A stretch of DNA of 63,917 nt, filler included, from Klebsormidium nitens (Eukaryota > Plantae > Klebsormidiophyceae): NCBI GenBank assembly GCA_000708835.1. It is 6 parts of 6 records of this genome, joined end to end, with 100 filler letters (N's around TTAATTAATTAA, not from the genome) between each part and the next. Parts side by side here need not be neighbours in the genome. Positions count along the whole stretch, not along the records: positions 31,195 to 51,367 come from DF237934.1; 5 more parts are not named here. One strand, 5' to 3'. Positions 36,758-49,064 of the stretch are shown piece after piece (position 1 is the stretch's first letter; every line of letters starts with the position of its first letter). The notes under the pieces are model-generated. The model did not search any database. It was not told the DNA's origin and was given only the letters and a program-made list of their open reading frames with translations. The position numbers and the translations under genes were made by a program.

Positions 36758-39700
36758 CTAGCCTCGATCCCGCTGAATCAGACCCACTAGCGCCGCGTAC
36801 TCCTGCTTAAGCTCATCCAGCTCGGCTCGCAGTCCGCTGACGACGACAGGGTCAGACTTGACGTCAGCACGCGTGCTTTCCCGTGGTGCTCGCCCTGCTG
36901 GTTCGAGTGGGGGTTCGTCCGTCTGAACCGCCACCGCTCTTCTGGGAACAGCACATTCCCTCAAGGGTTGCACGCTTTCCACCCCCCGGCCCGAATCAAA
37001 CCCATCCCCTCTGTTTCGTTGCAGCTCCTCACGCAACTGTTCGCTCTGATCCAGCATCATCTCCAGCATCCCGACCTCTTCTTGCTTCCGCCCCAAGTCA
37101 GTCCGCAGGATCAGCAACTGGTCTCTCGCGCGCTCGATCAGCCCCCCGGTCCCTTTCCCCGAGCACCCCTCCAGCTCCTCAACCAGCCCTTTCAGAGCCC
37201 CGACGCTTTCTACGACCCCCCGGGCGGTCACGTCTCTTGACGTCATGCTCCCGTCAGAGCCGTCCTTGCCCCACAGCAGACAACCAGCCGCTTCGCAAAA
37301 GTCTTCTCTGTCCCTTTCCATCGTGCTTTTCAGTTCCACCACTTCCGCCGCCCATCGCTCTTCCGTCTCGCGCTTCATCGCTTCAAGCGCCCGCGCAAAC
37401 CCCTCACTAACCCGCAGCCGCTCTTCCAACTCCCGCTCTTTTGCCTCACTGTCACGAAGCCGTTTCTCAAACTCCTGTGCCCTTTCCTCGCTCTCTCGGG
37501 CCCTCTTTTCCAACGCCCGTCCTGTCATCTCATTATTCCAAGCCCTATTTTCCGCTGCCTGGGCCCTCTCTCCCGCCCCCTGCGCCCTCTTTTCCGCTCC
37601 CCGGGCCCGTTCGTCCACTAAACGGGTCAACTCCTCCGATAAGCGGGCTCGCTCTTCCGCTGACCGGGTCCTCGCCTCGCTGTCTCGGGCCTGCTTTTCG
37701 CTTTCCCGAGTCCTTTGTTCGCTACGCCGGGCCGTCTCTTCCTGTTTCAGGGCCCTCTCTTCGGTGGACCCCGCCCTCTCTTCGGCCACACGAACCGTTT
37801 CCCTCGCCTCCTGCAACTCATTTTCCATCTTGCGACACCGCGCCTCGTTCTCTCGCGCCACACGCATCAGCTCGCGCACGATCCTATCTGGATTCTTTCT
37901 CTCCCGCTCTAGGTCACCTTCTCCAGGCGAACCGTCTGGGCTGCCCCAAAGAGACCGGTCAGCTTCAAGTTGACCCTCTCCCGTACCTAGTTGGCCCGCC
38001 GAAGCGCCCGTTTCACAATCCAATGTGGCCGGTAGAATCACCCGGGCTATGTTTTCACCCACGCCAGTGCCCGGTTCAGCCGTTGAAGCGACCGGTTGAA
38101 AGTCTGGGCAACTAGCCGCACCGGTACGGGTGCCCGGTTGCCCTAAGAGTTGCCCCGATTTCCTAGCCTTTTCAAACTGGTCGGGCGTTGGGGGCAACTC
38201 TGGCGGAGCGCCATTTTGAAGCTCCCCTTCCAAACTCCCTGTAGCTTTCATGGACTGATCGGCTTTTGACGTTCGCGCGCTTTCTACTAGGACGGGCTCG
38301 TCGGAGTGTTCAGCTCCTGGATAAGCCCGGAGATCGGAGGGTTCCCTTACCAACACTGCCGCCACGTGACCAGCCTTCGCCCGCTTGGAATGCGGAGACG
38401 AAGGCAACTGCGGGGATTGAAGCTTCTGTGGCAGGAGAGAGAGCGGCGAGTCAACTAGTTCGACTACCGGTTCCGGTGTCACGAACGACTGCATCGCTCC
38501 GGCTGCCGAGTTTGTGACACCGCTTCTTCCGACGTTCGTGTGGTTCTCCTCGCAGCGCGTTCCTGTCTGCAGCGCCTTTTCGCCAAACTCAGCTTCTGAC
38601 GGTTTCGTGGCGTTGTCTGGTGAGTTTGGGACGTTGACCATCAAGTCTGTGACCCCACCGAGAGCATTCTCCGCTGCTGCCGCCCCACCTGCGGCGACCC
38701 CATCTGCTTCCGTGCTGACGTCAGCAGCCGGAGAGTTGCTGCTTGTGGTGACGTCAGCCTGGGGCGGTGGCTCCGGCCGGCTGACTACATCAGCAGAGGC
38801 TTCTGGTAACCCGACGGCGCTGCCTGGCGCGACGGCAGGGGGGTCCTTGAAGGCTCCGGAATCGTCCGGAGAAAAGGTGCCTGCGAGAAACGTACAGGCA
38901 AGATGAGCAGAAAGAACGCCGGCATATTTATTGTTGATATCATATCCGGAAAAGACCGAGCTGATCACAACTGTGGTTTTGACAGCCAACCAATTCAGAG
39001 TATGAATGGAACTGGCTGAGTCGCCAAACAGCGATTGAATCAGCGTGTGAAATGTCACTGCAAACTGCAAAGGGGGAACGGATGTTTAAGAGAAACTCTG
39101 CATTACAGCTGACTTCAGAGACCCTTAGCAGAACCAGGTTAGTTGCGGAAGGATGTGGATCTTGGAACTCGAGTAATCAAGCTTCGTGGTCCAAGCTTCT
39201 GTTCTTAGCACATGCTTGCCATGGCTTTGCTTCTGATACAATCTAAAGAATGAGTCGAGGAGAGATTTCGCAATCATGCAGACAGGATTACTGGGCACGC
39301 AAAGGAGATGTAGAGTGGCGTCCAAGCATCTAAGATGTTTTTAGAATCAAGTGGTGATAGTGTCCGATTGGTAATGCTACGCTCTTCTCCCCTATTGACG
39401 ATTACGATGGATTTGCCTCTCAGAAAGCAAAGACCTTGGAACTCGAGTAAATCTGCGAAGCGGAGCCCGACTCGGAGGATGGTCGGGTCAGCATTTTTTC
39501 TGACTTGAGCTCAAAGCTTGGCAACTATGGCCCCCAGATGGTTCACGACTGCACACCAGCGGAGAGAAACGCAACGGGACGGAGACTCCACGGGCCAGGG
39601 CAGAACGCTGGCGCACAAACGTCTTATAGCTCACAGTTCGCCTCGATACCATTCTGACAGCGTGCTTAGATTCTCTTGACATTCAGACATCTATTGCGAA

Positions 39701-42700
39701 GCTTGCGATCGCAAACGATGCGCAAGCGTCTTCAAAGTCTCGCTTCGACAAAAAGTCCTCGGGTCTTCATTGCTCCCGACACAGACCAGCGTACAGAAAT
39801 CCGCGTTTCCCAGCTCAAATCTGTACCGTACTTTCGTACTTTCGTATGTGACCCATTGAAGCAGATTCCCCTGGTTCGGGGGCTCTCTCAGATTGTTAAT
39901 CGACGCCAATTCCAGAAGAAAGGAGAAGGCTCCTAAAGAGTACAAAGGAAGACAGAGCGCATCTGGAGAGAAGTAGCGAGTCGAATCGCGACCCACCCTC
40001 CAATTGGGCCACGTGCAAAGCTTTTGCTCCCTTCGACCTCTCGAGCTCCGCGCGCAGCGCCCTCCGCCTGCTTTTCTTGTGCGCTCTCCATTCGTCTCGG
40101 ACACCGAACTCCGCGAGCCCTTGCGGAAAACTTGCTTGAGGTTGCGCCAGGCCCTGGTTCGGGTTCGAGTCGAGCAGCAACTCGTCAGCCGACGCTGGCG
40201 GTTTCCGCAGCGGAGAAGCAGCCCGCGGGTGTAAACCGACGCCTAGCTCTCCAGGAAGCAGCCCACTGCCGCTGCTTGGTGTCAAGTGTTGTGCCTGTCC
40301 GCCCCTGCTTTGCTCCGTGACACCAGCCTCCCTCCTTCTCCTTGAATATGTAATCGGTCCCTCGTCCGACTCGTCCGACTCGTCGAAAATGTGGCGAGTC
40401 CAATAAGGAAACTGGGGTCTTCGTGGCCACGAACGAAGAATGGTGTATCCTACGTCCGCCTCATTTCCCGGGGTTGACAACCCGAGCGGCGTCTCTCCCT
40501 CAGATCCCCTTTCGTCTTCGGACGGATCGTCCTCCGTTTCGACCGCTTGTATCAAGCCCGCGCTCTGCATCGTTCCGTCTGGATTCTTGACACCGCTCCG
40601 CCCCTTGATGCCGTCCTGCTTTTCAAGCGGCAAGCTCGCGGCCCTCTCCGTTTCTGCCGCCTGCACACCCTCCCTTGGGGCCTTGGGCCCCAAGCTTTCC
40701 GTGACGTCATCCAATGGTCTTTTCACCTGCCCCCGGGCAGTACCGACCTCATCAGTGTTAACACTCACGTCATCAGCCCCCCCGCTGACGTCACCAGGCC
40801 CGTGTCCAGGACAACCGCTGATGTCATTTGAGGGATCCCTCGCAAATGCGCTGGTGTCGAGGGCCGGAGCCGCCGTCTCCCTGGTTGGACTGGCGCCAGC
40901 CTGACCAACTTTCCCTGCCAGAGTGTTGCTGACGTCATCACCGGAGTCGACCTGTGATTGGACGCCGCTCTCTGACGCCAAGGGAGCATCGTACTTCACG
41001 ATGTCACCTGCAAGGAAGCACGGCTGGTTTAGAAGGGGGCCAAGGAGACCATCCAATTAAAGAAGCGTCTGGCTGTACATGACAGAGTTGATGCGTCCGT
41101 CCCTCTCTTTTATGGCCTGCAAAATCTGATAGTTGTGATACAAGGTCCAAAGCCCATAGCAAGACTCTGCCATGACGAGAAGCGCCCCATATGCAACCAG
41201 CCGAGATCGTGAACGTCTTGCACTTTACACTTCACTGGCCTGAACTTGTGGAAACCACAGCGCAAAGCTCGAAGCGCCTGGTACTTTCTGCGCTCCACGA
41301 CTTCCGGCTTCCCACCCAACGAGCAGATTCAATGGAGGCTTCCCGTTTTCATACTTAGAACCGGAAACTGGACTAATGAAGGCCGTCAGAAGTTGAACGA
41401 TTGACAACAACTCGAAACGACAAACTCAGTGGAATCCCGCTTGTGGCTTCGCATTCGAGGTGCACATTCAAATCAAGCACTGCTGGTATTGATCAGCAGA
41501 AATCGGGACTACTTCTGGAAAGGGCACCCTCAACATTTTTGAAACCGAGTACCGTCCGACCCACTTTGCAAGGCCCTCGGCGGATTCCCCCGAGCACTCT
41601 TGGGCGCTTTTTGCTGACTGGGGGGTGGGTCCCGGGTCCAACCCCAGCAGCCCTCGTCTTCCTGCAAACGATAAAGAAGGCGGCATCGGTTTGAGTTCTT
41701 CATCCCACAACGCTGATAGCCTCGGACCACGCCGGAATCAGCATAACCATTCGCCTCTCAGACTGCATCCCTAAAATCAGCACTTCCTGCTACTCTGCAC
41801 CCCTGCACAATTTCTGGCTTGTCCTCAGTGAAAGGAGATTGGGCGGTCAAGGTGAATCTGAGTTGTGCGTTGCACACTAACATGAGGCAATGAAGAAGAA
41901 CGAGAGGGTGCTGTTCCCACACTTGAACGCGTGCAGTGTGAATCCGTCTAGCAGAGCTTTTCGAACTCTAGTGCTGGGGTCTGTATCCCACAATCGAGGT
42001 CTCCATCACACTTGAGACGCTTCACAGGTATCAGCCGCACCTTCCAGTCCCAGGCGGGCGGCTCCACCCTCTCAAAGACGTCCCGCGCTCCCTCCAGTTC
42101 CCGTATCTGTGGGACGTTCCGGTGGGGCGAATCGGCGGCGCCGTCGCTGCAGATGGGTTCGATGGATTACACGGAGAGTTTACAGGAAGAGTTTGCATGC
42201 GAAGTCCCGTGCGCTCATCTGAAAGGCGCATGCTTTTCACTCAAGGAGTTCCTCAAGTGCAGTCACCCTGCTTCGCACAATACAGGAGCGGCCCCTTGCA
42301 AGGCGTCGGCTGTCGCACGGTAATCAGCCGGAATCTTACTGTCCATGAAAGCTCGCAGACTCGAAATTCACATTTAAGAAAGGCGGCTGGACTCCGTCAG
42401 ACTGGATACACTTCGGTTTGATCAGCAGTCTTTGGCAACGTCATCGAAAGGAGTCGACGGAAGGAATGGCAGCATTGCTGAGATCCTCGTTAGGGTCCGC
42501 GCCGAGCGATGAGGCTGGGGGCCGATCAAGCCAGCGTGGCAGGTTCGCTTTTCAACCGTCATTTGGAACCCTGATCAACACATGCCACGCTGGGGCGATC
42601 GAGCCCCAAACCGTCGACCTCAATAGTAGTTGAAAAGGTCTTCTTGATCTGGATAATGGACTTTAGTAGGTTTTCAAGAGCGGGGAAAACGCTTGCAAAC

Positions 42701-45612
42701 CAAGGCACAGCCTGCGGTCCTCAGAAGACCGGTAACAGGTATCGAATGTCATTCGTCGCGACTTCAGTGCCTGTGACTTTCCGAGCGACTGCAGAGGTGA
42801 GGTTTCGGGGAAGTGGTCGCCGTTATCTATTATGTACCTGTCCCAGGGCGGGGGCTCGTTGTCGCACCGGACGAAGAGGAAGCGGCACATGACCGCGTTC
42901 TGCTTGCCCGGCTTGCGCCAGCACTTCTCCACCCGGTAGATCCCGTCATAGCGAACCACCTTGCGTTGGGGGGCGAACGCCGACTTGCGCTCCTTATGCG
43001 ACCTGAAGGGGCCGAGAAAGCAAAAGTTGATCAGGTGACTTTTATCGTGACGCCGTACTGTGTGACGGAGATAAGGGGAGATATCTCCACTTGGTAGGAC
43101 CCATCGTAGCAAATGTTTCTGCGCTGTGGGGCAAAAGGCGACTTGCACTCCTTGTGCAACCTGGAGGGGCCGCAAAAGACAACTATCGTGACGCCATTAA
43201 AGTGTGTAAGAGAGACAGGGGAAACGTCTCCACTTGGTAAATCCTGTCGTAGCTTTCACAATGGGGGATAAACGCCGACTTGCGGTCCTTGTGCGACCTG
43301 AGAGGGGGAGGAAGTAAAGGTCACAAAGCCAAATTATGACGTCACTAAAGTACGGAGTAGGAGATGGGTCCGGCGGTGTAACTCGCGTAGGACCTTGCAC
43401 TGGGGTTGGAGTGCCAAATGGCGCTCAGCGGAGGTGGGCAAGGAAAAAAGTCACCCTTGCTGGGAATAAATGGCAGTCTTGTCGCGTAATGTAAGGACTG
43501 GAAAACAAGTGAGGCGTGCAAGAACGGAAGATAAAGTGTGTCACCCTACGGCAGGTCAGGTCAAACCTGGCCGCCTGATTTAAGTCCGGGTTTAGCGGAC
43601 CCGCAGGATCTGGCCAAATGCGCATACTCTGCTGTCAATGAGCGGCATCCGACAGCATGAGTACAATTTCTGTAGCAAGGATTCTCGATTGCCTCACATT
43701 GACTCGCGTCAGCCGACTTGACCAGTACGACCCTCCAATGCCTAACCGTGAAAGTCCAGATATCCAGAACCCTAAAACTCTAGAATTTAACCTGGCCCAG
43801 ATGTGCAGAATTTGCCAGCCCCGCTCACCTGACAACGCGCACTGGGTAGCCTTCTCTGCAGCTGACTTTGAGCGCGAGGTTGAACTTTTCAAACACTTGC
43901 TCCTTGGACTGCTCCTTGCTCGTGCGCTTGTTGCCGCTCAGGTCCCGCCCGCCGCTGCAAACAAGGACACACATCGCTTCCGTAAGGAGACTTTCTGGAG
44001 GCGAGCGGCGGGTTGAAAAGCCTGACCCTTTTTGCTTCTCAGAGTATGCAAATATCAGGATCCTTGACCTCAAAAAGCCCTTGGCTGCCCTTGAGCAATA
44101 CAGTCCTGTTGTTGAAAGCCCTACCTTTCCCAAATGGATAAAAAGTCCTTCGTTCTCGTCATCCCACCTTTTCGCTCTGCAAATCCTGCGACTCGCTCAG
44201 TACTACACGATCCGATTCGAAAGCCCAGAATGTCTGCCAGAATGTCAGAGAAGCCCACCTGCCCGTGTAAATGAAGTACCACCCATGATCCTCGTCGTCC
44301 TCGTACCCCCCCGAAACGACCACGCTTTGCGCCCCCCTCCCGGACTGCCCCGAAATGCCTGCGACCGGGGGCATATGCACCCCCCACTGCCGGCACTCCA
44401 GTCTGCTTCCCCACTCGGATCCCACACGTACCCCGGTTCGATTCACTGGGTCGTGGGCTGCTGTGATTGGCCCGAAATGGTCTTTGGGCGAAGTGACGAA
44501 GACACGCCCGCTAGACGCGTTGGCCAGGCCGTTCTTTCTGGCGCGCTCGGTAGTGTATGCCTGCATTCCAGGAAACTTAGAGTTGGAGGAAATCGAGGAC
44601 GCGTTGTGAGGGTACGCTAGTGAAGTTGGCTTTCAAACCTGAGAACTTGCTTGGGATGACTGGCGCATAGGCAGAATTTGGAGGGTATCAGGACTCGAAC
44701 AGGATGCCCTGAATTATAAACCAGAGACTTGTTTCCCTTAATCCTACGCGTAGAGCTTTTTCAGGAGAACCATGTTTGGGAGTTTCAAATAACGGAAGCT
44801 TCTCGAGCGTTGGCCAAATCTGGTTTTAGAGCATGGCACTGAAGCGGAGAAAGCACGTGCATTCTCTCCCTTGGGCTCCAAGCTCGTCACCATTGCCATA
44901 CACGAGTGCTCCTCAAGCAGAGAACGGAAGACAAGCGATGCAGAGTTGGACTCAAGGATCCGGCCACTTTTGACACAAAAATGAGAGAAGGGGTTAAACC
45001 AGAGTCGCAATCGAAAAGAAGCCTACCAGGCTTTCTCCTATTGTAAGGCTACTTCAACGCCTCACCTTGTCAGGCCGCTCGTCGTTGGCCAAGGCCTTTG
45101 CCGATTGCACCTTCTCGAGAGTTGCCACACCCTCATTCTCAGTCATGTTAGGAACAACGTCATCAGGCAGTTGCTCATCAACCAACCCGGCAGTCAGGAA
45201 GACCCCAGACCCCTCTTCCGATAAGCCCCCTATCCCACCGTCCGCTTCCTCCGCTAGGTGCACAGCGCCGTCCTCTTCTTCAACGGGGGGCTCACTCTGT
45301 CCCGCATCTTCCCCCCCGTTTAGACTGTCCCCACCCCACCCCCTTTCTCGGCAGGGAGCCTTGACGGCCCGCTCCCTACTCGACCATATCTTGAGGGGAT
45401 CGTTTGCCTTCCTCAACTTTTTGGTCACGGGTTCCGCTCGTGCGCTAACTCCCTTGTGTTCTGCCCCCCTGTCGCCATTACTGTGCAGCTGAACAGGTCC
45501 AGGGACTCTCCTTCGCGGCGTGACTTTAAACCGCTTGCGGGGCTTCGTGGCGTCGCCCCCCGGTTCGGCAGGGGCATCCGCGCCCCGCTTGTGCAGCACT
45601 TCCAGTCCCATC
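36758..45612 (-). CDS. VIM/ORTHRUS (UHRF1-type) SRA-YDG domain protein with a long disordered and coiled-coil C-terminal tail, 5' end unresolved. Exons: ~45612-45066, 44560-44259, 43954-43829, 43002-42838, 42146-42041, 41661-41553, 41007-39997, 38880-36758
   Basis: NDERPDK|AYTTERARKNGLANASSG, DHFGPI, RLECRQWGVH, GAQSVVVSGGYEDDEDHG, YTGSGGRDLSGNKRT, RYDGIYRVEKCW and FVRCDNEPPPW match recalled plant VIM SRA sequence. The splices into the two large 3' exons are phase-compatible, but joining them to this gene is inference. Confidence 0.8.
43002..43310 (-). repeat. Three tandem copies (one real, two degenerate) of the acceptor plus 5' part of an SRA exon
   Basis: CAG|GTCGCATAAGGAGCGCAAGTCGGCG at 43002, CAG|GTTGCACAAGGAGTGCAAGTCGCCT at 43160 and CAG|GTCGCACAAGGACCGCAAGTCGGCG at 43297. 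Confidence 0.85.
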
Positions 45613-48372
45613 TTCTAGAGTAGAGGCGACGAGGCTGCGGGCGTGAAGAAAATGCTGTTAGCTACTCTTGTCAGACTTGACTGCTCCAGAGGCATGACAA
45701 AGAACAGGATATACACCCAAGGACAGCGGAAGGCCAACCACTTCTATCCGAAGTGCTTGTTGTATCAACAAAGGGGAATCTTTGTGACCACCTGTGGATC
45801 TATTTGACGATTTGTATGTTTCCCCTGTTAGTATGTTTCTCGTCCTATGAATCCGAGCGGGGTTCTCAAGTGAACCTCCAACGCCCTTGGATTCTGAACC
45901 AATTTGTCCAAAGCCTGTTTGGGGAATCTAAACAAGAATCATCGAGGAATGCCAAAGGTGAATAAACTTAAAAGTTTTTGTGCCAGGGAGTACTGGAGAG
46001 TGTGGGCCTCAATGACAGCTGTCCTTGCAGGTTACGCGTTTGCTTGATACAAGCAGCAAGCTAGAAGTTTCACAATCCATGGAGTCCAAACAGTGCAAAT
46101 GCAGAAGAGACGGAGGCTGTAGCGAGCGTCCTCTGCCTGATTCTCCAGATTGATAAGATGGTTTCAGAAATGCACCATTCCGCTTGTACCATTGAAAACT
46201 CCAAAGAAAGCTGTCAAACCAAGTTGCATACTTACAACAGTTGCATGTCAGGTTATACAATGTTTGCTTTAAGGGCACACGGAAATCCAAAGGCATGCGC
46301 TTCCACAGCTTGAAAGCGAAGAAGGTGAACAAGAAGGTGAACCTTTTTTGAGCAAGAAGTGTTGACACACATCTCTACTTCTCCTGAAAAATATGAGCCG
46401 TGCTTACATCACTGCGTTTGCCACACTCCATACTACTTTCAAGTACGCTACACTTTTCCTGAAACGGGCCGCCCCAGCGATCGCAATCAAAGCATAAACC
46501 TGCATGACCAGTCACATCTTCTTCAAGGTACTGAGTCACATTCCCACTAAGAACAGAGCAGAAGCACCATAAATCAAGAAGCAGAGGGCAGCAAAAGCTG
46601 GTGCCATCGCTCCTTACCTCTGATTGCTCACATTGCAGTCAGCGTAGCACCGTCAATGTCCTAGATCTTGAAAGGCTTACAGCCCTGGACTTGTGCCAAT
46701 TGCAATGCCACGAAACATTTCAAGCGAGCGCCAACCCCAACCCTGAGACCTTGAGATTCCTTCTCAGTTTTTGTACCTGCTGGAGAATATGGTGAGGTTC
46801 CACCGAATTGCTCTGCAGAAATGGTCCAAGAAATTGAAGAATGTACATAATCTGCTGCCCTGGCCGGTTTTGAAGAACTTTGGAGTGTAGAAAGTGCTCT
46901 GGACAGTGCTGCAGTGCAGTCTCTACCGGCGACAACTGGAAGTGTCTCCAGGCTCCGGACTTAGGGACAAGCGGGCCAGCTTCCGTGATAATCAGAAACC
47001 CTTCGATCATCCATCCTTCTTATCGGACGGTTCACAGCCCGTCCTCAGAGCTTCTGGCCCAACTAACCATCTGAAATCCGGCATAAAATCTGCCAATCTC
47101 AGGGTGCCACGTGTCCCCCCTTCCGTCTATGCCGGTGGCCTTAAGATTCCGCTACGGGGTCTGTCCGACCGGGGTCTGTTCCCGAGTGGGACATTTTGAG
47201 GGCAAGAATGTGCGCCTCGCACACGTATGCTGCGTAGCGCCCGTTACGTATGCGCAGTTTCTGGCCATACGTGCACGCATTTTGACCTTCTCGACCAGAC
47301 TCGGCCTTAATTAACAGCGGACTGCGGGCCTAGAATTCAAGTCGGCGATGTCAAATTCTCAATTCCAGCATCCATAGCATACCTTCAGCAGCAGCCAGGG
47401 CGACCCGAGTTGCACCGCTCCAAGCTCCATGGCTTTCAAGCAAAATCTCAAATATAAGTGCATGGTCGGTTGATCGATGGGTTGAACCGGCAGCATGTTA
47501 CTATTCCAGCTTTTAGATATTGTTTTGACGGACCTTCATGTGCCTTCTGATGGAAACCCCTTGCGAAAAGAGCAGATGTACTTGAGAACGTGAAGCATGC
47601 TTTTTCAAGTACTGCGCTTTCTCTGTGGAGACATTTTGGAGAGTACATGTACATTCCATGCCGGGAAATGGATACGATCAGAAGCAATTTTTCCAGTCAA
47701 GAGTTCGATTGGGTAGTGTACCACAGGTGGACTTGCATGATCTTCCTTCAAGATTGGATTTGCTACTGAGGGGACGGACATGAGATGCTATCAATCCATG
47801 CCATATTTCTATGATTGTGAAGCCATTTGGGCGCAGATGCGTGATGTTGAGTAGCAAATGAATACTTACAGCTTGAAGCGAACATGCAACGCTCTGCAAT
47901 TGGGATTGACATTGAAAGGAGTGATTGGCAAATGATCTTCGCCCGTAGCAAGAAAAGTGGGTAGTTGAGCAGCATCAAGTCAGATTTCGCAACACTTTTC
48001 ACAATGCCGAGGCCACTCTTCTTCGCTCGTCATGCAATATTGCATAGGTGCAGGCCTATATCGGGTGCATAATTGTGGATGCAAAGATGGTACAAGTACA
48101 ACATTCGAAATGATGTGAAATCCCAATTTTTGATTATGAGGTTCAACCTCCGATCGGCGCCCTTATATGTTTGCACATGAAGCGCTCAAATGGCATACTT
48201 AAGAATGTTGAAGCATGCTCCTCTTGTTGGTCTAAGTGCACGAGCCTCACACCTGGCACAAGACTTGAAATTCTCCCAAACAGCCAACGGTCCTCTTGAA
48301 TCCATCCGTACCTTCTTTACTTTCCACTTGCAATGCACCCTGTTGCAGCCAAAATCCTTGCAAGATTACACA

Positions 48373-49064
48373 NNNNNNNNNNNNNNNNNNNNNNNNNNNN
48401 NNNNNNNNNNNNNNNNNNNNNNNNNNNNNNNNNNNNNNNNNNNNNNNNNNNNNNNNNNNNNNNNNNNNNNNNNNNNNNNNNNNNNNNNNNNNNNNNNNNN
48501 NNNNNNNNNNNNNNNNNNNNNNNNNNNNNNNNNNNNNNNNNNNNNNNNNNNNNNNNNNNNNNNNNNNNNNNNNNNNNNNNNNNNNNNNNNNNNNNNNNNN
48601 NNNNNNNNNNNNNNNNNNNNNNNNNNNNNNNNNNNNNNNNNNNNNNNNNNNNNNNNNNNNNNNNNNNNNNNNNNNNNNNNNNNNNNNNNNNNNNNNNNNN
48701 NNNNNNNNNNNNNNNNNNNNNNNNNNNNNNNNNNNNNNNNNNNNNNNNNNNNNNNNNNNNNNNNNNNNNNNNNNNNNNNNNNNNNNNNNNNNNNNNNNNN
48801 NNNNNNNNNNNNNNNNNNNNNNNNNNNNNNNNNNNNNNNNNNNNNNNNNNNNNNNNNNNNNNNNNNNNNNNNNNNNNNNNNNNNNNNNNNNNNNNNNNNN
48901 NNNNNNNNNNNNNNNNNNNNNNNNNNNNNNNNNNNNNNNNNNNNNNNNNNNNNNNNNNNNNNNNNNNNNNNNNNNNNNNNNNNNNNNNNNNNNNNNNNNN
49001 NNNNNNNNNNNNNNNNNNNNNNNNNNNNNNNNNNNNNNNNNNNNNNNNNNNNNNNNNNNNNNNN
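48373..49064. other. Sized assembly gap (692 N); a second sized gap (73 N) lies at 49884-49956
   Basis: Plain N runs with no linker. Confidence 0.99.

Noticed and set aside
37245-38115. Long + strand ORFs (242 and 224 aa), and similar antisense ORFs at 11075-12660, 29801-30301, 43868-44620 and 60631-61700
   Set aside because: They are shadows of GC-rich coding exons on the opposite strand, with low-complexity translations and no motifs. The 61881-62429 ORF differs because it lies over an intron and has a recognisable domain.
46009-46368. LTCNCC segment as the missing RING of the VIM-like gene
   Set aside because: No following CxH/CxxC ligands could be spliced in frame, so there is no C3HC4 pattern.
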